Below are positions 57,107-64,000 of a stretch of DNA of 64,000 nt, piece by piece. The notes beneath the pieces are model-generated. The model saw only the letters and a program-made list of their open reading frames with translations. It did not search any database and was not told where the DNA came from. Positions within the stretch are counted from its first letter, which is position 1, and every line of letters begins with the position of its first letter. Made by a program: the position numbers and the translations under genes. Origin of the DNA: Microgenomates group bacterium (GTDB taxonomy: Bacteria > Patescibacteriota > Microgenomatia > Daviesbacterales > UBA10151); the NCBI GenBank assembly GCA_041659805.1, contig JBAZXP010000001.1, positions 512,589 to 576,588 of the forward strand, given 5' to 3'.

Positions 57107-58090
57107 ATGCTTAAAAAACCTATAGTAAAGATTTTTAAAAAAATACTAAATTATCCTCCTTTTGCTGAAAAGAGCAGAGGAATAATAGCCAAAGCAATTG
57201 TTATATTAGTAGGCTCATTGAAAATTAAAAATGCTGATTTTACACATTATGATTTTTTTGAATATTGGCAGAAAAACGGATTTTCAATTATTCCTAATAA
57301 TTTTTATCAACCGATTCCTGATTTCTCTTCAATGAATCAAAGATCTTTAAGCAATGTAAGTTCGCTTGAGGGAATTGATATGCATGAAAAAGGTCAAATG
57401 AATTTATTAGGCAAGTTTGCAAAGTTCAAAAAAGAGTACGAGAGGATTCCTTTGAAAGGGGATTCACAGGGACATGTGTTTTATTTTAAAAATCTGGCTT
57501 TTGATGGAGTGGATGCTCTGGTCTACTATTGTATGATTCGTTATTTTAAACCTAAAAATATTATTGAAGTTGGGTCGGGTTGGTCAACAAAAATTGCTGC
57601 TCAGGCTGTGCTTAAGAATGGTCAAGGCGAATTAATCAGCATTGAACCTTATCCACAGCCTTTTATGCAGAGAACATTTCCGGGATTATTCAAGGTTATT
57701 GCAAAAAAAGTAGAGGAACTACCCTTAAGTACGTTCGGTCAATTGACAGACGGAGATATTTTATTTATTGATTCTTCACATACTGTAAAAACACAAGGCG
57801 ATGTAAATTATCTATTTTTAGAGGTATTACCCAGACTTAATAAAGGGGTTATTATCCATATTCATGATATTTTTTTTCCTTTTGATTATCCCAAGGACTG
57901 GATTATAAAAGAGCATAGATCATGGGGAGAGCAATATCTATTGCAAGCTTTTTTAATGTTTAACGATAGCTTTAAAATTATTTATTCTAACAGTTTTATG
58001 GGGTACAAGTATTTGAAAAATGTTAAAAAAGTATTTTCTAAATCGCCTTTTTATAAAGGCGGATCGATTTGGATACAAAGAGTTAAATAA
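57107..58090 (+). CDS. Class I SAM-dependent methyltransferase (Methyltransf_24-like)
   Basis: IIEVGSGWST, IEPYP, ILFIDSSH, IHIHDIF and EQYLL. Confidence 0.88.
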   Translation: MLKKPIVKIFKKILNYPPFAEKSRGIIAKAIVILVGSLKIKNADFTHYDFFEYWQKNGFSIIPNNFYQPIPDFSSMNQRSLSNVSSLEGIDMHEKGQMNLLGKFAKFKKEYERIPLKGDSQGHVFYFKNLAFDGVDALVYYCMIRYFKPKNIIEVGSGWSTKIAAQAVLKNGQGELISIEPYPQPFMQRTFPGLFKVIAKKVEELPLSTFGQLTDGDILFIDSSHTVKTQGDVNYLFLEVLPRLNKGVIIHIHDIFFPFDYPKDWIIKEHRSWGEQYLLQAFLMFNDSFKIIYSNSFMGYKYLKNVKKVFSKSPFYKGGSIWIQRVK

Positions 58091-60187
58091 TTATTTAAGT
58101 TTTTTTTGCATTGAATATATTTTTTGTGCGGTGAATAAAACCAGGCTGAGATTTAATAGAAATGCAGCCAAAAATATCTGTTTAGGAAAATCCCAATAAT
58201 ATATAGCTTTAACCCACCAGAAATCCGGTACTCGTTCAAAGATTTGAGTATGAATTTGCCATGTTTTCCAAGGGTCTTGATTTGTTCCTCCATAATTTTG
58301 ATATGTTGTACCAGTCATTTTGGGTCCCAGGGGTGATATATAGGGGATATCAATGCTTTCCATATTTATAGGAATATTGTTAATGCTTGAATTAATTAAT
58401 CCGATTATTTGGGTGTGGTTTATAACTACATTGGGATCATCAAATTGAATCTTAATTATCAATTGGTTATTTGTGGATTTAAGATATTCTTTTTTAATTG
58501 GTATTTTAATCAATTTTCTTTCCCTTAGGGACAAAACTTCCTTTTCCAATGATATTGGGTGATTATTCAGCATAAATTGAAGATTAGCTGACGAACTCGA
58601 ATTGCCTATTGGATGATTAATTATTCCAAAGATTATTTCTTTGATAGGTTGTTTATCATTATTGTCAAAAGAAATGTGTCCTGTTTCATCTATGACTCGC
58701 CATCTCTCCGGGCCAACATTAAAAGGAAAATCTACGCCATCATAGAATTTTACGTTATAAATTCCATGCTCCAATGTTTTTGGGAATAATTGAATTGTTT
58801 TAATAAAGCTTTTCGACATTGTATAGATTGGACTGAAACGAGGTAAAAAATTACTATATATAGAAACTGGATATTCTATTCCATTAATGAAGAAACGGCT
58901 TTCTAGGTTGTGGTATTTAATTTGATAGGGCATAAAAATACCTAGTAACTCAATGTAAAGACCGAGAATCGCAAGAGGCAGGAAGATAAATATTTTTTGC
59001 ATTTTTGATAAAGCAACAAAAATATTTCCAACAACCAGCATTCCGAAAGGAATAAGTGGTGTTAAATAACGCGGTCCCCAGCTTGATTCTCCATGCCATA
59101 ATTCAGCAACAACCTGGTCGGATTCTCTAAAGGCATATTGGGTAGAGAAAAAAAATATATATATAATAGATATCATTAGAAATACTATTAATTCAGATAC
59201 TATTTTATTGCGGATTTTGTGCCAGAAGAATAAGATAATGAGTATCAAAGGAGAATATAAGAAGAAGCTTCTTCCTGGGCTAAGCAATTGTCCGTATAAC
59301 CCTTCAATAATAACTGGTATTTGAATATGAGATAAGGTGTTAGCAGCAACACTGGAAAAATATTGAGGAGAAGATGAGCTAATACTACCTTGAGCACGAA
59401 TATTTTCAAACCAAACGTAAATTATCATTAGAGGTATAAGTCCGAGTAAAAAGACATAAGCGTCTTTAAGGATTGATATAAATGAATTTCGGTTTAATTG
59501 AGGTTTTGTAAGGAGCAAATAATAAAGTATGAGTACAGGGAAAGGTAATAAGAAAGTTGGATTATAGGCAATCAGTACTATACCGTAAGAAATGGCTGAA
59601 AAAAATAATAGAAATTTTTTATGTGATAAAGAATATTTTTTAACAAGAAAAAATGCTAACACTAGAAAGCTGGTAAACACCATATGTGCAACACTGTGTT
59701 TGCTGTAAACTAAAAGATTGGTTGCAAATAATGAAACCATACTCATTAACAAAGCTTGTTTTAGTCTAATTTTTAGAGCTAGAAAATAAAGGAACAGTAT
59801 AAGACCCAAACTTGCAGCAAAAAAAGAATTCGTAAAACTAGCTAGTAAAAAAATAAGCCAATCTGATTCTAATGGAAAATGGACTGGTGGAGAAACGTTA
59901 TAATATTTGTATACCATATCTGTAATTGCAACAGCTGGTAAGTATGCTAGTGAAAATCCTAAACCAGTTGGACTGTATGTCTTGCCATCCTTGCCAATGT
60001 ATGTGCTCATATGTATATTTTTATTCTCATTAAATTCATATAAGGGTCCTGTGGGCTCACCTTTGTAATAGATATTACGAGCTACGGCAAGATACTGTAA
60101 CCCATCTTGTGAATCTATCACGCCTGATGATAGAAAAATGAATGTGGAATAAAGAAATAAGAAATAATAAATTATCAGTCTTTTCAT
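58091..60187 (-). CDS. GT-C-like membrane glycosyltransferase with a large extracytoplasmic C-terminal domain
   Basis: First-loop DSQDG, SPGRSFFLYSP and WHGESSWGPRYL. About 250 aa of beta-rich soluble domain and a final TM follow. Confidence 0.7.
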   Translation of the reverse strand: MKRLIIYYFLFLYSTFIFLSSGVIDSQDGLQYLAVARNIYYKGEPTGPLYEFNENKNIHMSTYIGKDGKTYSPTGLGFSLAYLPAVAITDMVYKYYNVSPPVHFPLESDWLIFLLASFTNSFFAASLGLILFLYFLALKIRLKQALLMSMVSLFATNLLVYSKHSVAHMVFTSFLVLAFFLVKKYSLSHKKFLLFFSAISYGIVLIAYNPTFLLPFPVLILYYLLLTKPQLNRNSFISILKDAYVFLLGLIPLMIIYVWFENIRAQGSISSSSPQYFSSVAANTLSHIQIPVIIEGLYGQLLSPGRSFFLYSPLILIILFFWHKIRNKIVSELIVFLMISIIYIFFFSTQYAFRESDQVVAELWHGESSWGPRYLTPLIPFGMLVVGNIFVALSKMQKIFIFLPLAILGLYIELLGIFMPYQIKYHNLESRFFINGIEYPVSIYSNFLPRFSPIYTMSKSFIKTIQLFPKTLEHGIYNVKFYDGVDFPFNVGPERWRVIDETGHISFDNNDKQPIKEIIFGIINHPIGNSSSSANLQFMLNNHPISLEKEVLSLRERKLIKIPIKKEYLKSTNNQLIIKIQFDDPNVVINHTQIIGLINSSINNIPINMESIDIPYISPLGPKMTGTTYQNYGGTNQDPWKTWQIHTQIFERVPDFWWVKAIYYWDFPKQIFLAAFLLNLSLVLFTAQKIYSMQKKLK

Positions 60188-60194
60188 AAGCTTG

Positions 60195-60203
60195 ATGATA
60201 ACA
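60195..60203 (-). promoter_or_regulatory. Extended -10 element, leaderless spacing
   Basis: TGTTATCAT on the minus strand, 7 nt before ATG 60187. Confidence 0.55.
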
Positions 60204-60265
60204 TACTATTAATCCAGGGAAAATTATTGTAGGATCATAGGTATTCATAAAGTCAGTAAAAAAGA

Positions 60266-61234
60266 ATGAATATAAAAATCGGTTTAAGTTTAATAATCCA
60301 TACCAAAAACGAAGAGGCTAATATCGCGGAATGTATAAGGTCTGCTCAAAGTATTGCTTCTGAGATTATTATTGCCGATATGCAAAGTTCGGATGAAACT
60401 ATTGCAATAGCAAAAAAAATGGGAGCAAAAGTTTTTTCAGTGCCTGATTATAATTTTGCTGATCCTGCAAGAAATTTTGCCATAAGTAAGGCTACCAACA
60501 AATGGATCTTTATATTAGATGCTGACGAGCGAATATCTGAGATATTATGCAAAAAAATTAATGAAATTATTGTCGCTGATAATTTTGACGTAGTGGCTTT
60601 TCCGAGAAAGAATATTCATTTTGAAAAATGGATTAAACACACTGCCTGGTGGCCTGATTATCAGCATAGATTATTCAAAAAGGGATTTGTTAATTGCCCG
60701 GATATAATTCATAAACGATATAAAATTAAAGGTAGGATACTTACACTACCTCCCAAAGAAGAAAACTCGATCCTCCATTTTCAAACCAAAACAAGCAAGG
60801 AGTTGATATTTAAAATAGATCGATATACTTCACTTGAGAAATATTTTGAGAAAGAAAAAAAACTTTCTTTTAATGATGTCATAAACTACATAGATCAAGA
60901 GTTCCAGTGGAGGTTCTTTGAAGAAAAAGGATATCTGGATGGAATGAGAGGTTATATTTTAAGTAAATTCATGGAATATTATCGCTTTTTAGTTTTTGTG
61001 AAGTATTGGGAAACTCACAAATATCCTGAATTGTGTAGCCCTATTCAATTAAAAAAATATGTTGAACAGAATAAGCATTTGTCTTTAGGAATAACCAAAT
61101 TGAATGTTTCTGAGAAGCAACATTTTGATAAAATTATCAATTCTAAATTTTACAAAGCATGGCGTGTATATAGTGATATGAAAGATAAGTTTTTTGAAAT
61201 TATAAAGTTAGGAAAAGGAGCGATTGCTTCATGA
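60266..61234 (+). CDS. GT2 glycosyltransferase (WaaE-like) with a C-terminal helical extension
   Basis: IHTKNEE, LDADER, WWPDYQHRLFKKG and GYLDGMRG. Confidence 0.9.
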   Translation: MNIKIGLSLIIHTKNEEANIAECIRSAQSIASEIIIADMQSSDETIAIAKKMGAKVFSVPDYNFADPARNFAISKATNKWIFILDADERISEILCKKINEIIVADNFDVVAFPRKNIHFEKWIKHTAWWPDYQHRLFKKGFVNCPDIIHKRYKIKGRILTLPPKEENSILHFQTKTSKELIFKIDRYTSLEKYFEKEKKLSFNDVINYIDQEFQWRFFEEKGYLDGMRGYILSKFMEYYRFLVFVKYWETHKYPELCSPIQLKKYVEQNKHLSLGITKLNVSEKQHFDKIINSKFYKAWRVYSDMKDKFFEIIKLGKGAIAS

Positions 61235-62682
61235 GAGAAACATATCCTAATTGTTCGGTTGTTGTTCTCAATTATTTTGGAGAGAGAGTAATCAAAAATA
61301 CGATTAACTCGCTTTTGAATCTGGATTATCCGAAAGAAAAACTTGAGATCCTTATTGTTGATAATAACTCCCAAGATAAAAGTCGCGAAATAATTATGAA
61401 TTATGCGGAACAAGAAAAAAATATCAAATACATATTCCTTAACAAGAATAAAGGTTTTGCGGGCGGCAACAATGAGGGGATAAAAGTAGCGAAAGGTGAG
61501 TACGTAACATTATTGAATAATGATTGTATCGTAGAAAAGGATTGGTTAACGGAGTTAGTAAAAACAGCACGGAAGGATCCAAAAATTTTCGCAGTTTCTT
61601 CTAAGATTAAGCTTTATCCAAAATATTACAATCTAAAATTTAATTATACTAGTGGTTTATTTTTAGTGAATGCTTTTTTAAAGGACGGGTATCTTGCTAA
61701 GCTGGAAAAACCCAGAAACGTAAACCTCGAAGTAATACTTGAAGATGGGTATTCTGTACTGGAAATTCCATATGTTGCCAAGGACGGATTATTTTCAGTA
61801 GAAATGGTCTTTGAACTCGATAAACAGGATTCTATAAAATCATACGAACAATTAGTTACGATACTAAACGATGAAGGGGTTGAAGGACATCCTAAGATAA
61901 CTGTTCATAAACAACGACTTGTTTTTACGGTTAAGTTTGATGCTGAAAAATTTGATAAAAATAGTGTTTTTGACAAAATACAGAATGCAGGAATTGTAGT
62001 TTTTCAGAATGGTGCGGGACGTGATATCGGAGCACAAATCATAGTCCAGAGACAATTTTACGAATGTGATTATGGGCAATATGCGGAAGAACAGGAAGTA
62101 TATGCTGCATGTGGGGCGGCAGTGATGTATAACAAAAAGATTTTAGGTAAAATAGGTTTTTTGGAGGATTTATTTTTTATGTATTATGAAGATGTAGAAA
62201 TTTCTGAAAGAGCACGTCTTAGAGGATATAAAATATTCTATTGTCCAAACGCTGAAGTTCGTCATCTCCATGCTTTTTCTAGCAAAGAATGGTCTAATTT
62301 TTTCATTTACCAGGCTGAAAAAGGTAGGTTGCTACACATCTTTTTTAGCTTTCCGTTGCGTGTATTTATTAAGGAATTTTTTATATTGATAATAAAAATT
62401 GCAGAGGTTGGAGTTAGGATTATGAAAAACCTTTCTGATCGAAAAAGGGTTATAAAATTTATTCGGGGGGTTGTTGGATATGTTTTTAGAGAAGCTGAGA
62501 AAGAGGGTGCCGGCAAGACTGATTTTGGAAAAGTAATGCAATATATAAAGATAATATTGTATTTCTCGGGAAATATGCCCATGCTTATTCTAAAAAGATA
62601 CATAAAGCATAGACATATATCTAGTAATGCTATTATTAATAATTATCAAGATATCCTAAAAGGAAAATGGTATTTTAACTAA
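61231..62682 (+). CDS. GT2 glycosyltransferase with an internal inserted domain
   Basis: VDNNSQD, NKGFAGGNN and LLNND, then an insert of about 120 aa, then IQNAG, AACGAA and FFMYYEDVE. Confidence 0.88.
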   Translation: MRETYPNCSVVVLNYFGERVIKNTINSLLNLDYPKEKLEILIVDNNSQDKSREIIMNYAEQEKNIKYIFLNKNKGFAGGNNEGIKVAKGEYVTLLNNDCIVEKDWLTELVKTARKDPKIFAVSSKIKLYPKYYNLKFNYTSGLFLVNAFLKDGYLAKLEKPRNVNLEVILEDGYSVLEIPYVAKDGLFSVEMVFELDKQDSIKSYEQLVTILNDEGVEGHPKITVHKQRLVFTVKFDAEKFDKNSVFDKIQNAGIVVFQNGAGRDIGAQIIVQRQFYECDYGQYAEEQEVYAACGAAVMYNKKILGKIGFLEDLFFMYYEDVEISERARLRGYKIFYCPNAEVRHLHAFSSKEWSNFFIYQAEKGRLLHIFFSFPLRVFIKEFFILIIKIAEVGVRIMKNLSDRKRVIKFIRGVVGYVFREAEKEGAGKTDFGKVMQYIKIILYFSGNMPMLILKRYIKHRHISSNAIINNYQDILKGKWYFN

Positions 62683-64000
62683 TGAAAAAAAATGCTGTAG
62701 TTTATGATAAATGGTTAAGGTCTTTGGGAGGGGGGGAAGTTGTTGCATGCAATATTGCAAAAATATTAGCTGATAACGGTTACGAGGTAACTTTTATTGC
62801 CGGGAAAAAGGTAGATAAAGAGATCATAAAGAATAAACTCAGTATAGATCTATCAAAAGTTTCTATGGTAGAGGTTTGGACAGATGAAGCAAAGGTGAAG
62901 CAACTTTCTAAAGATAAAGACCTATTCATTAATACTTCCTTTCTTGATTATACATATGGGATTGCTAAAAAGAATATTTACTACACTCATTTTCCGAAAG
63001 AGCCTTATAACACAATCGGAGAAATGTTGTTTACTAAATTTTTATTTCCCCTCGTAGTAAATTTTATAAATCCCTTTGAAATGTTTAGTGATTTGGAGAT
63101 GACAACAGTTATTAAAACAGTAGAGGATAGTGAGCCGGCATACCTACTTAAAGAAAACAATAAGGTTGCTATTTCATATTTACAAAAAAATAAGATTCAT
63201 GTTATCGAATTTTCATTATTTCTTAGTTCATTTTCACAATCCTTAATGAGAGATATAAAGATATATTTTGAAGAAGCAAATATTCGTTCGCGGGAGGTGT
63301 TTATTGATCATAATCATAATCAAATTAACTTTCGGTTTAAGATAAAAGCGTTAAGTTCAACTGCGTATTTAGGAATCGAAATATTAAAGTCTCAGCTTGC
63401 GGTAAAAGATGATCAAGTTTATTTACTTTATCCAAAAATAAAAATTAGAAATGTTTATGAATCTGTTTTTAAAGTAATTTATAATAAAATAAATAACAAG
63501 CTAAGGTCAGGGGTTTTTTCTAACCCGTTAGAAAGGTTAGGCAGTTATCAACTAATTTTGGCAAACTCATCTTTTACACAAAAATGGATAAAAAATTATT
63601 GGAAGCGAGAATCCACCATACTTTATCCTCCCGTGGAATTATTATTTCATAAATATAATTTAGACAATCAAAAAAAGAAAAAATGGATTTGTTCGGTCGG
63701 AAGATTTTTTATGTTAGGCCACGGGAAGAAACAAGAAATTTTGATTAAAGCATTTAAAAAATTCTATGATTTGGGTAACAATGATTGGGAGTTACATTTA
63801 TGTGGAGGAATAAGTACAGAAGAGAGTAGTCTTGATTTCTTAGAAAGGTTAAAGTCTGAAGTAAACGGTTATCCAGTCTATTTCCACTTGAATGTTTCTA
63901 GAAGCGAAATAGAGAGAATATTATTAAATTCGAAAATTTATTGGCACGCAACAGGATTTGGAGAGAATGAGGACACGAGTCCCATAAAATTTGAACATTT
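62682..64000 (+). CDS. GT4 glycosyltransferase with an internal insert, 3'-truncated by the window edge (absent from the ORF track)
   Basis: ATG 62682 overlaps the upstream TAA and the frame is open to the window end. It reads MKKNAVVYDKWLRSLGGGE...ILANSSFTQKWI...LYPPV...SVGRFF...KKQE...IYWHATGFGE...KFEH. Confidence 0.9.
   Translation, partial: MKKNAVVYDKWLRSLGGGEVVACNIAKILADNGYEVTFIAGKKVDKEIIKNKLSIDLSKVSMVEVWTDEAKVKQLSKDKDLFINTSFLDYTYGIAKKNIYYTHFPKEPYNTIGEMLFTKFLFPLVVNFINPFEMFSDLEMTTVIKTVEDSEPAYLLKENNKVAISYLQKNKIHVIEFSLFLSSFSQSLMRDIKIYFEEANIRSREVFIDHNHNQINFRFKIKALSSTAYLGIEILKSQLAVKDDQVYLLYPKIKIRNVYESVFKVIYNKINNKLRSGVFSNPLERLGSYQLILANSSFTQKWIKNYWKRESTILYPPVELLFHKYNLDNQKKKKWICSVGRFFMLGHGKKQEILIKAFKKFYDLGNNDWELHLCGGISTEESSLDFLERLKSEVNGYPVYFHLNVSRSEIERILLNSKIYWHATGFGENEDTSPIKFEH

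Noticed and set aside
1332-62603. Short alternative-frame and antisense ORFs in the ORF track (for example 2507-2878, 8463-8795, 9174-9536, 14801-15142, 44648-44977, 45788-46102, 49212-49553, 62307-62603)
   Set aside because: All lie within or largely overlap well-supported longer CDSs, have no recognisable motifs and look like shadow ORFs.
1-64000. Alternative genetic code (TGA as Gly or Trp)
   Set aside because: Many full-length genes end in TGA at ATGA overlaps with the next gene, and long ORFs are intact under code 11.
1-64000. Phase-variable homopolymer tracts or frameshifted pseudogenes (A/T runs; G-rich run near 62726-62737)
   Set aside because: The runs are short and expected at this AT content, the G-rich run encodes the conserved GGG motif of the GT4, and I found no disrupted reading frames.

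Overview
This AT-rich, gene-dense 64 kb window is one continuous surface-glycan biosynthesis and modification island of about 55 genes, cut by both window edges. I found no rRNA, tRNA, CRISPR array, integrase or transposase. The left arm (1-22.6 kb, all + strand) holds GT2 and GT4 glycosyltransferases, a tandem array of PMT/ArnT-like GT-C membrane glycosyltransferases (one fused to a GT2) and a PIG-V-like / DPM1-like / DUF2304 lipid-linked sugar module. The middle and right arms (22.6-60 kb) are a mosaic of cassettes in alternating orientation: (i) WecB with a divergent, shortened nucleotide-sugar dehydrogenase; (ii) an epimerase / split transketolase / GtrB-like / methyltransferase / B12-radical SAM run; (iii) an IMPase / mutarotase / SDR triplet; (iv) a complete legionaminic-acid-type nonulosonate pathway with an acyltransferase-aminotransferase fusion; (v) both Wzx and Wzm/Wzt exporters. 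The island carries four cobalamin-dependent radical SAM enzymes, six conventional SAM methyltransferases and an EamA/DMT transporter. The GT-C paralogue style, compact overlapping genes and leaderless-looking starts suggest Patescibacteria (CPR), probably Microgenomates. That assignment is inference, as the window has no marker gene. TGA is used as a stop codon, so genetic code 25 lineages are excluded. The best candidate for an undescribed system is a cobalamin/SAM- and ThDP-driven route to branched or C-methylated sugars, transferred to a surface glycan through lipid carriers and GT-C enzymes. All product calls come from motif recognition by eye, not from database searches.
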